A DNA stretch of 64,000 nucleotides from Paraspadella gotoi. Its lineage: Eukaryota > Animalia > Chaetognatha. Below are positions 38,239 through 50,037 of this stretch, one piece after another. The stretch lies in the NCBI GenBank assembly GCA_051294375.1, contig CM119267.1:12281644-12345643 (forward strand), given 5' to 3'. The notes under the pieces are model-generated. The model had not been told where the DNA came from and ran no database searches. It saw nothing but the letters and a program-made list of their open reading frames with translations. Each line of letters begins with the position of its first letter. Position 1 is the stretch's first letter. The translations under genes and the position numbers were made by a program.

Positions 38239-40247
38239 CTCTCTCTCTCTCTCTCTTTTTTCTCTTTTTTTCTTTTTCTTTTTTTCTTTTTCTTCTCTCT
38301 TTCTTCTCTCTCTCTAATCTTTTTCTCTCTCTCAATCTTTTCAAGACTTGTTCTATGTAACTAAAAAAAAATATACATTTTTTAAAAATTATTGTTAACT
38401 CGTTTATTCCATATTTTATCTAAAAATTATAATATTGTATTTTTGAACTTAATTATTTTATTTCAATTAAAGATATAGAAACAAGTTTGAGCAAACAATG
38501 GATAACGGGCCACAATATTTAGTGGTAAGAAGCTAATCAGTCATCTGTCTTTTTTTTCTTTCTTTTTTTTTTTCTTTTTTTTTTGGATGGACATACTGAT
38601 GGACTGATAGAGAGAAACATAATTTTAAAAAAAATATTCATAATTTGATGTTTCAAAAAAGAATTAAATAAATCATAAAATAAACAAATAATAGCAGTAA
38701 TCGACAGATCTACTTAGTGAATTATGGAGTCCCCCCAAAAAAAATTATATTCATCAGATTTTAATTCATGATCAACATTAAATGAGTTCCACATCGTGAA
38801 ATAAATTTTTTTCATTTAAGATTTGTATTAAAAATTGTCGTTTATAGATTCCCTCTGATGAACTCACGTTGTTGAGGAAAGCTGATGGTTTGAGAGAGAG
38901 AGTGAGCAAAACTTTATATCGAGCTCAATCACACACTTTTCTACCACACACAGATTTCATTCCAATCCATATATCTTAATCACAAATAATTTGAGTTTAA
39001 TGCTAATGTGGGACAGACTTAAAGACTGATATTAATAATTAATTAATTAATTAATTAATTAATTATTTTTTATAAGTGAATTAAAAAACCATCCTACTCT
39101 TTATCTACTATTTAAAATTTCATAGATGAATTAAGATAAAAATTTTGTATGTTGGTATTAGTACTGTTATAAGATCGCCTCAGCTCAAAAATTCCCTAAC
39201 TCCAGAACGCCCATGTTGATAACGGAATATGTGATGTAGTGTAGCGCAGTGTAGTGATGTACAGATGTTAAAAACCTTTAACAACAATAATAATAATATC
39301 AGACAATTATTCTTCAAGTTCATTTCTTATTTCTTACGTAGTAGGCATCCTCAGGGGAGTGTAGAAAATATCTTAATATCTTCCCGTTAACGGCGATCCT
39401 GGCGTTCTTTTTAACAGTACTGAGCTTTTCTAAAATGGTTGCAACGAACTAACAAAGATCAGTATTTACATAACGACGCCAAGTATTGCACGCGTACGAT
39501 CTCTCTTTACAGTTGTAAAAAAAGGTGCAATTAAAAGTGAGTTTTAATGGAAAAAACAAAAGTCACATTTACTTGAATTTTATTTAAAAATTTTCTCACT
39601 CTTTCTTTCTTTCTATTTCTCACAGATGAAATTAATAATTAGCTAATTGTTAAGTTTGATTGTTGACCAAATTATGCAAGTTGACCAAATTATCCAAGTT
39701 GTCTAAATTATGCAAGTTTACCAAATTATGCAGTTTACAAATTATGCAAGTTTATCAAATTTAAAAGTTTACCAAATTATATCAGTTGACCAAAATATGT
39801 CGATTTGACTAAATTATGCAAGTTTACCAAATTATGCATATTGGTATTGGCGCAGCTATTGGTTCATTGATTGATTAATTGAAGTGAAAAATATTTATTT
39901 TTTTATTTTATATTTTATTTTAATAAAAGATGAAAAAAGAAAAGAGATAGAGAAGAGAGAGAGAAGGGAGAAGAGAGAAAGAGAGGAGAGGGAGAGAGAA
40001 ATAGGAGGGAAAGAGAGCCGTTCCAGGGGGCAGGCAAATTCATGCCCCCGGGGTGGCCCCCAGGGGAAAGGTTTTTCTAGCCCCTGGGGATTCCCCTGGA
40101 GTGGCCCCTTGGGGCCCAAAAAAAGAGGCTACAGGGGGCCGCCCCTAGCAGTAAGGATTGCTTTGCCCCCCGGGCCGCCCGCGGGGCCACCCGCGGAGCC
40201 GCCCCTAGCAGCGCCCCGGGGAGGCGATTCTGAAGGATGAATACTTG
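37872..40247. mobile_element. 2.4-kb non-autonomous foldback-like DNA transposon
   Basis: cttg-[caag...cttg]-cttg; empty site at 43121-43135; imperfect TIR (caag..tat.tcatc..aatc.cctcc.cccg); inverted arrays of gccccagggg/cccctgggg, then CT versus GA tracts at the two ends. Confidence 0.85.
39165..39416. mobile_element. 252-bp MITE with TGT...ACA ends (Ginger-like termini)
   Basis: gtac-[tgttataagatcgcc ... ggcgttctttttaaca]-gtac; could alternatively be read as a TA TSD with CTGT ends. Confidence 0.6.
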
Positions 40248-40656
40248 CTTGCTAAGGACCATTTTTTGCCCTAAATCTGATAAAATATATTATGTCAGAG
40301 ATATAATATTAACAATAAAGTGAGTTGTCCTCTTGATCAAAAGAGGCAAAAACAATTGGAGAACCTCTTTTGGAAGTATTTGAATGCATTAAATAATTTC
40401 ATGCCTTTCATGCTTTTTATTCAGTCCAAGGGAGGTCATATTACATGTTAAAACCTATTTACCGGCTAAAAATATTATTTGACAATGAAATTAACCGTCT
40501 TTTTCCAAACTGCGACAATTTTTTTTCCATCATGGTAAAATTTAAAATTTTTTTTGGAGAAACTCGCGATTTAAAAACACTCAGTTGAGGTCAAGATGGA
40601 GGGTAAAACGAGGCAGAGAAAAGATAAAAGTGGCGAATAAACATTAGAAAGCTAAG

Positions 40657-40726
<70 letters not shown>

Positions 40727-41720
40727 TGTTGATGAAGGGTCAGGGGGGGAAAGGAGAATCAGCAGTCCCAATGTCAAAGAGCCAACGAGGTCGGATCGGT
40801 CCCTCGAGTCTTTGAATGAGAAAATGAGAAAATAAATAAAAGCAGAAGTAGGATTGTGAAGGGTGAGGGTTGAGGGTGAGGGGTAAAAGGTAAGGGGTGA
40901 AAGGGTGGCGGGAGGTAGAAAGAAAACCCAGAAAAAAAGAATACTTTAACCAAATGAGTGAATGATGTAAAAAAGGAATGTTTGAAATTTACGAATGATC
41001 TTTTTTGGAAAGAGGAAGGTAATTGACTGACGACGGACGACGACGACGACGACGACCACCACCACACCACCACATTAACACCGAATTCGCCGATTTTGAC
41101 GGGGATCGTTTTCGAACCGAGAATTAGGGCGTTAAATCGTTGGCACCTGCTAGAACCTTCGGCACCTCGCCGAACCCAGCCGCGTCCAGCGACACCTGCA
41201 ATCCTCCCGCGAGGCCGACGTGTCGCCGCCGTTGACTAACGAGCTCCGGGTGGCATTTGTCTGCAATCTGTCGTCATCTGGCGGAATCAGTCGATGCAGT
41301 TGATCGGTTGTCCCTTTTACGGCGTCGTTTAGTTTTATTCGGCGACGACGTCCGTCGTTGTCTACATCGTCGTCGTTGTTGTCGTTTAATTGGTGTATGA
41401 AAATCAAAGAGCGTCTTATTCCGGTTAACCTTAATTATTTTAGTTTGGTTGTGACCTCAGCGATGATAGTACGAGATAATCAAAAGAAAAAAATTACAAA
41501 ATTTACGAACGCATAGAAGCTTAAAATGCAAAAAAACGTAAACTGAATGCAGCCCAAAAAAAGTGTCAGTTGCCAACAAGATGGCGGCCATGGCTTGGTC
41601 GGATGGCTCAAGAAAACGGGCTTACTCGCGAATGCCATTGCGGCCATTTTCGGCATAAATACAGAGGACAAACAAAAATGGAAATGGAAATAGAAAAGGG
41701 GAAAGCGAGGGGAATGGGGA

Positions 41721-41808
<88 letters not shown>

Positions 41809-42615
41809 NNNNNNNNNNNNNNNNNNNNNNNNNTTCAGTTTACGTTTTTTTGCATTTTAAGCTTCTATGCGTTCGTAAAATTTTGTAATTTTTTTCTTTT
41901 GATTATCTCGTACTATCATCGCTGAGGTCACAACCAAACTAAAATAATTAAGGTTAACCGGAATAAGACGCTCTTTGATTTTCATACACCAATTAAACGA
42001 CAACAACGACGACGACGACGATGTAGACAACGACGACGTCGTCGCCGAATAAAACTAAACGACGCCGTAAAAGGGACAACCGATCAACTGCATCGACTGA
42101 TTCCGCCAGATGACGACAGATGCAGACAAATGCCACCCGGAGCCTCGTTAGTCAACGCGGCGACACGTCGGCCTCGCGGGAGGATTGCAGGTGTCGCTGG
42201 ACGCGGCTGGGTTCGGCGAGGTGCCGAAGGTTCCTAGCAGGTGCCAACGATTTAACGCCCTATTCTCGGTTCGAAAACGATCCCCGTCAAAATCGGCGAA
42301 TTCGGTGTTAATGTGGTGGTGGTGGNNNNNNNNNNCGTCGTCGTCGTCGTCAGTCAAATTACCTTCCCTCTTTCCAAAAAGATCATTCGTAAATTTCAAA
42401 CATTCCTTTTTTACATTCATTCACTCATTTGGTTAAAGTATTAGAGAGAGATCTCAACCCTCACTCACAATCCTACTTCTGCTTCTATTTATTTTCTCAT
42501 TCTTCTCATTCAACAGACTCTGAGGGACCGATCCGACCTCGTTGGCTCTTTGACATTGGGAGCTAGCTGATTCTCCCTTTCCCCCCTGACCCCTTCATCA
42601 AACATCTCCTCTGGA

Positions 42616-42648
<33 letters not shown>

Positions 42649-42842
42649 ATCTTCTCCTCTCTCTCAGCGTNNNNNNNNNNNNNNNNNNNNNNNNNNNNNN
42701 NNNNNNNNNNNNNNNNNNNNNNNNNNNNNNNTTCTAATGTTTATTCGCCACTTTTATCTTTCTCTGCCTCGTTTTACCCTCCATCTTGACCTCAACTGAG
42801 TTTTTTAAATCGCAGTTTCTCCAAAAAAAAATTTTAAATTTA

Positions 42843-43909
42843 CCATGATGGAAAAAAAAATTGTCGCAGTTTGGAAAAGACGGTTAATTTCATTGTCAAA
42901 TATATTTTTTAGCCGGTAAATAGGTTTTAACATGTAATATGACCTCCCTTGGACTGAATAAAAAGCATGAAAGCATGAAATTATTTAATGCATTCAAATA
43001 CTTCCAAAAGAGGTTCTCCAATTGTTTTTGCCTCTTTTTGATCAAGAGGACAACTCACTTTATTGTTAATATTATATCTCTGACATAATATATTTTATCA
43101 GATTTAGGGCAAAAAATGGTCCTTAGCAAGCAGTGAAAAGGATTGATCCCTTATAAAGTAAACCAGGCTTGAGTTATTGTTGCATAATGTGATGATGCAT
43201 TGTCTTTCATTTCAACAAAATCTTGATTTTTCTTTTTTTGGACTTGTTTGATATTTGGTTTTGATAATACATCCGGAGGTAAATAAAAATGATAACTTTG
43301 CTTATAGAAAGGTTACCCGGAGCATTATTACTTTTATTAATACTTTACAATATAAGAATAATATTCTGGAGCATCTACAGCATTAATATATTTTTAATAT
43401 CCTATTTTTTTGACATATGAATTAAGATCCATCCCTAAATCTATCCTAATGGAGATAATGCAATAACTCTTTGACATGAGACTGAGAAAAGGCAGGGATT
43501 TTTAATAGTAACGGTTTAACTCAAAAAGTAATAAAAAAGAACCGGAAATTAGTTTAAATTAAAAATGTAGATATGAAAAAGAAAAAAAAGAAGGAAGCAT
43601 TATCATATAAATCACAAAGGGCCAAAGTTTCTTGATATATAAATTTTATTTTTCTATTCTTATATTTTAGAGATGAAACGAAAAATTTGTTGTAATAGCA
43701 ATTTTTATTTTTATTATTGTACATGTTTCGACTCTTAGTGTTACGAGTCTTCATCAGCAAGCGACTCGTAATACTAAGAGTCGAAACGTACAATAATAAA
43801 AATAAAAATTGCTATTACAACGAATTTTTTGTTTCATCTCTAAACTATTTTAAATAGAAAAAAAGAAAGTCAAAATACAATATTCCGCGACAAATTTTTT
43901 CCATCATGG
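42843..43909 (-). mobile_element. Tc1-like relic, allele without the 2.4-kb insertion
   Basis: TA-ccatgatggaaaaaaaaattgtcgc ... gcgacaaattttttccatcatgg-TA; same DDE remnants on the minus strand. Confidence 0.85.
43717..43760 (-). ncRNA. Minimal type I hammerhead ribozyme (variant B)
   Basis: Minus strand: ttg-CTGATGA-a-gactc-gtaacactaa-gagtc-GAAA-cat-GTA-caa, then aataaa; lies inside a ~185-bp hairpin. Confidence 0.85.
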
Positions 43910-45096
43910 TAACTTTAATGAAAATTCTATAAATGAGCAACAAACAACATTTTACTAAAGAATATTTATGTATAAAATTTTTTTTTACAAATTACATAGT
44001 ACTGTCAGAATTCCGAGGTGCAACCGAATCAAATGTTGGTTCTGTATTTTTCTTTCGTACCTTTTCAGTCAATTGTAAATGTAAACAATTGTACCTCGGT
44101 GATTCGATCGCTTGTAACTATAGTTCTTGCCGTGGCCGCGTAGAAAATGTTTCACCATTATTGTTTATTTTATATCGTTTTACTTTAATTATAATAATTA
44201 TAATGAATATCAATGATCCCCTAGTTTTACTTAGGTCAGATAGACTCGTCAGTTACTACCCGTAGCTATTGCTAAGACGACAGTTCTAATCCAATAAATG
44301 TTAAAAATTCAAAATAGTTTTTTGTAAGATTTTTTTGCAGGTTTGGATTCTTCGTGAAAAGTTGATATAAAGAAATATAACTCTTTTTTAAAAATTATTT
44401 TATTATGTTGGTCAAATATCAGAAAAACCTATATTTTAAGCTCAAAATTAAAATTTTGTATATTAAATATATTTTAAAAAATTTTTAACCCACGAGGAAA
44501 TCAAATCTGCCATAAAAATTAAGAATTTTATTGATTTTATAAGAATAGTATTATATATAAATATAGTCTACTGCGAAAATTAAAAAACATAAAATTAATT
44601 TTTTTTACAAATTAATGTTCACTGATGGTATGTTGTTCATAATTGACTTTTAGAATTTTCCTACGTAACTTTCACTACGCTCTAATGTGCATGTATGTAT
44701 CGATTTGAAAAAGTTGGGACCCTCCCCCCCAAAAAAAAGAGACAGAGAGAAATCACAAAAATAAACAAGATTGGCCTTTTTTTCCAAAAACCCCTCATTT
44801 TATCGCGAATTCGGAATTAAAATTAGGTTAGAGATTAAGGTTAGAGGAGAAGGTTAGAGATTAAGGTTAGAGTGAATAACTAAGACAGGGTTATAGATTA
44901 GGGATTAGGAAATAGGGTTTAGGGATTTGGTTATGGGATTGGTATCAGATTAGGTATAACTATTAGGTTAAAAATTATGGTCAGGAACAAAATTTGTGCG
45001 CTTTTGTAAAAGAGAGCCAAAAAGATTCGCGGATTTTTTCTCTCAATGAATGAAAAAAAAATTATTGAGGCCATAAAATGAGAGAGAGAGAAGAGA

Positions 45097-45169
<73 letters not shown>

Positions 45170-45236
45170 TCAAAAAGCCCGGAGTCAAAAACCCGACGAA
45201 AATGGCTGCTCTGGGGCGTGGCTACTTCCTTCTCGT

Positions 45237-45697
45237 TTTTAGTCAGATCTGCTTATCAGCAGATCCCGACTTTATAATTCACTTTGTCAATCCGTCGGTC
45301 CGCCCCCTCAATCTAGTCGGGCATTCACATATATCATGTCAGAACATCGAATTATGATAAATTATGCAAAAAAATGATGTCCGTCCGTCAGTCCGTCCGT
45401 CCGTCCGTCCCACCTTAGAAAAAAAAATCTAATTACTCGTAATTGGATGGATGGATTAGAATGAAATTTTGTGTGTGGGTAGGGGAGTGTGCGTCTTATA
45501 ATAATAAAATCGTTGTTTAAACAATTTTTACATAGCTAGAATTAAATTGGGGTAAAACCTCTAAAGTACATAAGTACAAGATAAAACGTCTTCTATCATT
45601 TAAACACAACGAAACGAAAGTAAATAACGATGTCTAAGATCAAAAATAAAAAAAAATGATTGTGGGAAGATCCGACATTGTTTGCTCAAACTTATTT
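45237..45697 (+). mobile_element. HINE family 1 (allele without the 290-bp unit)
   Basis: tttt-agtcagatctgcttatcagcagatcccgact stem-loop, core, (gtcc)n, 3' gatccgacattgtttgctcaaacttatttt. Confidence 0.8.
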
Positions 45698-45817
45698 TTA
45701 TCCGTTTCTTTTTTTTCTTTATTTCGGGTGTTTTTTCGAATCTACTTGGAAAAATAATTATGAAAATTTGTGGCTACTTGGATTATATGTCCTGAGTGGA
45801 ATGCAAAAAAGAAAGAG

Positions 45818-45859
<42 letters not shown>

Positions 45860-46080
45860 CGCCATGTTATAACAAGAAAGAAAGCAAGAAAACGATAGAA
45901 GCAAACAAAAAAAGATGAATGACGAAATAGGAGAACAAGAAAAATAAGTGGCGACTTGCGACCGGGTTGCTAAGGAATTTCCAACAAACGAGGAGAAAGT
46001 AAAAACAACAATGGTTGCAATTTTTGGGGTAACGACAATGGTAACGAGAAGAAAGACGAGATAGAGAGAGAGGGAGAGAT

Positions 46081-46139
<59 letters not shown>

Positions 46140-47326
46140 AATGATGAGAAAATGGCAATGTAGAGCGGGATCAAGAGATAACGAGAACGAAAGGAAAAGA
46201 GAAAGGAAAAGGAATAAAGGAAATAAAGGAATAAAGGGGATCAGGGGAAAAGGAAATAAATGGGAAAACAAAAGAAAATGGGAGAGAACCGCGGCGTAGG
46301 ACCGAGGGAAGGTTGGAAAAGGTAGGGAAAGGTCGGGAGGAATCCGAATTGGGCCGGAGGGAGGGGGAACGAGGCGAAGGATGGAGGAAGAGGAGATTCG
46401 ACAGATGATTGAACGATCGTTGAATTAAAGGTTGGATTTACTGTTCTTGCGCAAGCGCATTTCGGGACTTTTCATGAATTTCATGAATCAAGGGTTAAAT
46501 TCTTGTAGAGTTAATGCTGATGCTAGTGCGGAGTACAATAAGTATTCCCCGATCTAATACTTAAGGGAGTGGTCTTTTCATACAATTGAAACATTCTTTG
46601 AAATATTTTCCACTTCATTGATAGGGAAGCCAGGTACTCTGGGAGTGAATAAACGAGACTGTGAGAGAGTCTTGATTGAAAGCTTGCAGGGACCTGCTAT
46701 GTCATTATCTTGTAAGAGTGATGGAGGCCTTAAACCACCAAAGCCTGTCCAAAGTCAGGGGCAAGATAGCTTATTTATTAAATGAATGGATAATTTTTAT
46801 ATTGGTTGTACCAATTTCATAGAACTAAATAGAATTAAATGAATTCTTTAACCTCGCTTTATTATTTGTAGTTTCCAGTAATTGATTTCCTTTTTTTTAT
46901 CTCCTTTATTTTCGCCGAAGAAAAAAATATAAAGTAATAAGTTATAAGTTGAGAAAGAGTTTGAATTAGTTGAACAACGATTTATTTTGAAATAGTGAAC
47001 ATGTTTCGACTTTAGTTCAGAGCTCAATTTTGAGCTCTTTCTTTATCTTAATTTTTCACTTACTCTATTCTTAGCTATCCCTCACAACTTATATAAATTT
47101 CCTTTTCCATTTCATTATCTTTAAATTAATTAATTATTGTTACTAATTTATTTATTTTATTTGTTAAGTTTGCCTATATTTCCTTGTTGTACATTGACTG
47201 AATGTATAAATTTGATATAACTCTCTCTCACACCAATTTTCTTTTCAATATCTGTCTCTCTCTCTCTCTTGTCTAAACTTACCCTGTCCTCAACTTTAAC
47301 CACTGTCAAAATCTTTGTTGGTAACC

Positions 47327-47365
<39 letters not shown>

Positions 47366-47406
47366 ACACACATTTCCTGTAATTTGAAATTGCTTTTTGA
47401 TTCACA

Positions 47407-47448
47407 AGTGCTGATGAAGACTTGAACTAAAGTCGAAACATGTTCACT
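47407..47448 (+). ncRNA. Minimal type I hammerhead ribozyme (variant C); error-laden duplicate at ~55846-55891
   Basis: agtg-CTGATGA-a-gactt-gaacta-aagtc-GAAA-cat-GTT-cact: stem I agtg/cact, stem II gactt/aagtc. Confidence 0.85.
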
Positions 47449-48613
47449 AAGGCGTAATGAAAGTTGCAGATCAAAATTCGAATAGTAGTTCATGAACAGT
47501 TTTGTACTAATGTACAATGATATATAATTTTGTTAAAAAATTTCTCAATTTTCGTATACGCCCATATTTATACTAGAGCCAAACTTTGTCAATGGGGTGG
47601 GCCAGAAGTTTGATTTGGGAACCTTCCCAAATGAAACTTCATACATTTCTGAGAAAACTTTCAATGGACCAAAATTTTCTAAAATGGCTAGAAGCACTAG
47701 TCATTAATTTTTGAATATTTATTTATAGATAGAAAATGAAAAAAAAATTTTTGGAATTTTATATTTTTAAAAGCAAATTCAGATATCTTAAAAAAGTTGT
47801 TTACACAAAGTATAATTCTTTTTTTAATATTTTGATGATAAGTAGGTTAAAATTGGAAAAAACCTGACAAAATCATCCTCATCATTATCATCTAATGATT
47901 TTAAAAGTTTTTGCTCATTTTCAGTAATAAAACATCAAAATTTTAAAAAGTTGTAATTACATTTTTTGTTTAATTTTTTGAGCTCTATCAGAATCAATTA
48001 AAAAAACTGAAAATATACAAAATTTTTTTAAATATTATTTAGCAAAATAATAATTTTAATTAGCGAACTACTCATGGTTCGGAAAATTTTTGTAAAAAAA
48101 TATTTTAACACAATAACTAATACCAATAATGGATTCGTTTAATACTGTTCCCATTAAAATTTGAATTTGTTCGGCTACCGCTATTTATACATAGTACTTA
48201 CCATAAAAATGTCAAAATTTTAAAATAGTTTTTTTTTAGTTTTGAAAGGAGATTCGAATTCCTCATAAAAAGTTTATAAAGAAAATACAAGCCTTAATAA
48301 AAAATTATTTCATTAAGTTAGCTAAAAATTTAAAATACTATAACAGTTTTTTAGGATTTTGACCTACTTAATGAAATAATTTTCTAAAAATAGTTAAATT
48401 TCTTTTTATCAACTTTTCGTGAGGAATTCGAATCTGCTTTCCAAAATAAGAAAAATCTATTTTAAAATTTTAACATTTTCTATGATAAGTACTAAGCATA
48501 AATATTGACGTATGCGAAAATTTTTTTATATATCAATGTTCACAGGTACAAGCCTGTTCATGATCTACTATTCGAATTTTGATTCTACTTGATTTTAATA
48601 TTTTGCTACGCTT
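47448..48613. mobile_element. hAT family 1 relative, ~1.16 kb (duplicate ~55891-57093)
   Basis: taaggcgtaatgaaagttg start and ...gctacgctt end; internal inverted similarity (ttcgaatagtag / ctactattcgaa); TSD only partly preserved (ttcac). Confidence 0.65.
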
Positions 48614-48881
48614 CACTGTTTCGAAATAAATCGTTATTGAATTAATTCAAACTCTTTCTCAATACATAACACAACGAAACAAAGGATTTCACACAAAGTT
48701 ATAAGTTATAATATTTTATATTATTATATTATAAACATTCAAATTTACTGAGAAGGCGATTCGATCTCTAAACGTTCTCCGAAAAAATCTGACAAAAAAA
48801 AAAGAGGTTAATCTTTGTCCGGGTCAAAGAAAGGATCGGGTCAAAGGATCCCGGTCGCCAAATCTCGACCAAAGAGGGTCA

Positions 48882-48919
<38 letters not shown>

Positions 48920-48948
48920 CTCTCTCTCGCTTTCTCTCTCTCTTTCTC

Positions 48949-48997
<49 letters not shown>

Positions 48998-49888
48998 CGA
49001 ATATGAGCCGAGGTTCATTTGACCGGAAGGGAAAAGAGAAATACGATCGGGGTTAATGCAAGATAACCGGAATGGAGAAGACAACAAAGACTAAAGAAAG
49101 TCGTTTTCTTCCTGAAACGACGAAACCGAGAGAGAGAGAGAAAAATTCAGAGAAGGCGAGAGAGTCAAAACATCCAACCCATAGAAGGACGTCTTCCTTG
49201 AGCCCGGATTCGTTTCAAAACTGAGGCAGACAGACGTTAGGAAACACCAGAGTCGCTTTTTCCCGTCGAAACGTAAAAAAAAATCCCGAAGCTACATACA
49301 TGTCGTAAAGAAAGTCACTAAGCTTGTCGCCATTTTTGTTTGTGAAGAGTCACCCGTCCCTTCTCAACTGACCCTCGCTTAGTTAATCTAACGTCGAGCA
49401 CTTCCATGATTTAAAGATTAATAATTATTTCGCTAGGTCACTCAGTCTGACCGTTTGACAGGAAGAAACAATGAGGAATGAATTTTTAAAATGATTAATA
49501 GCAATATTTTTTTTCAAAAAGACAATTAATCGTATAACGAGGAAAAGAACGGGGAGGCAGAAAGAAGCGGAGAAGGACGGACGAAAACGACGACTCGAGC
49601 GACGACGACTGGAAAGAGCCACGACCGTCTTTAACAGTCGCAGTAAGCCAACCATAACGCAAGATTTAAACGACGCACCACAGTCGCACCATGGCAACGC
49701 GCATTTTTGTTAAGCCTGTACCCGATGGAAAATACGAGAGGGAGTGGGACAGAGAGAGACGAGAGAAGAGAGAGAGGGAGAGGAGAGAGAGAGAGACTTG
49801 TCGTTTCAGGTTGAAACGCCACAGGGATTCGATGCTGGACGTGCCAGACTTTGGACAGCGTCAAAATCCTGCAAGGAAGAGAGAGAAG

Positions 49889-49955
<67 letters not shown>

Positions 49956-50037
49956 AAAGGAGTACCGCGGGGTCTTAAGTCACAGTCTCTCGCAGTGATC
50001 TTGAGAGTCGAAGAATAGACTCCAACTCCTACTCGAA

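Larger units (their letters stand above)
37096..40535 (+). mobile_element. Tc1-like relic interrupted by a 2.4-kb insertion
   Basis: TA-ccatgatggaaaaaa...ttttccatcatgg-TA; translated remnants KDNASSH (~37790), ALNLIKYI (~40268, like DLNPIENxW) and IQSKGGHITC* (~40420, like the Tc1 C-terminal AKGGxTKY). Confidence 0.82.
36280..40550. mobile_element. hAT family 1 relative hosting nested insertions (mirror ~42830-44684); right end eroded
   Basis: tagagcgtagtgaaagttac start; 36280-36720 and 37010-37095 align with 2401-2990; resumes as aaattt after the Tc1 TA site. Confidence 0.65.
33950..46822. repeat. Large inverted duplication: ~33950-41548 mirrored by 41834-46822 around a 25-N gap
   Basis: 41834 ttcagtttacgttttttgc is the reverse complement of 41530-41548; collinear except for 37872-40247, 35141-35445 and a ~50-bp indel. 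Confidence 0.95.
46948..48694. mobile_element. Penelope-like relic with inverted hammerhead-bearing ends, interrupted by a hAT element (duplicate ~55345-57180)
   Basis: 46949-47020 is the reverse complement of 47420-47448 plus 48615-48662; ~32-nt tail with acaacgaaacaaagga; flanked by aaagt(a/t)ataagttataa direct repeats (46931-46947, 48695-48711). Confidence 0.68.

Noticed and set aside
41050-41340. GC-rich segment as a coding exon
   Set aside because: Frames disagree between the two mirror copies, and no recognisable protein or splice sites were found.
33950-46822. Genuine giant palindrome or programmed rearrangement
   Set aside because: Centred on a 25-N gap, and the arms differ by TE indels and read-like errors; a haplotype or gap-fill artefact is more parsimonious until reads show otherwise.
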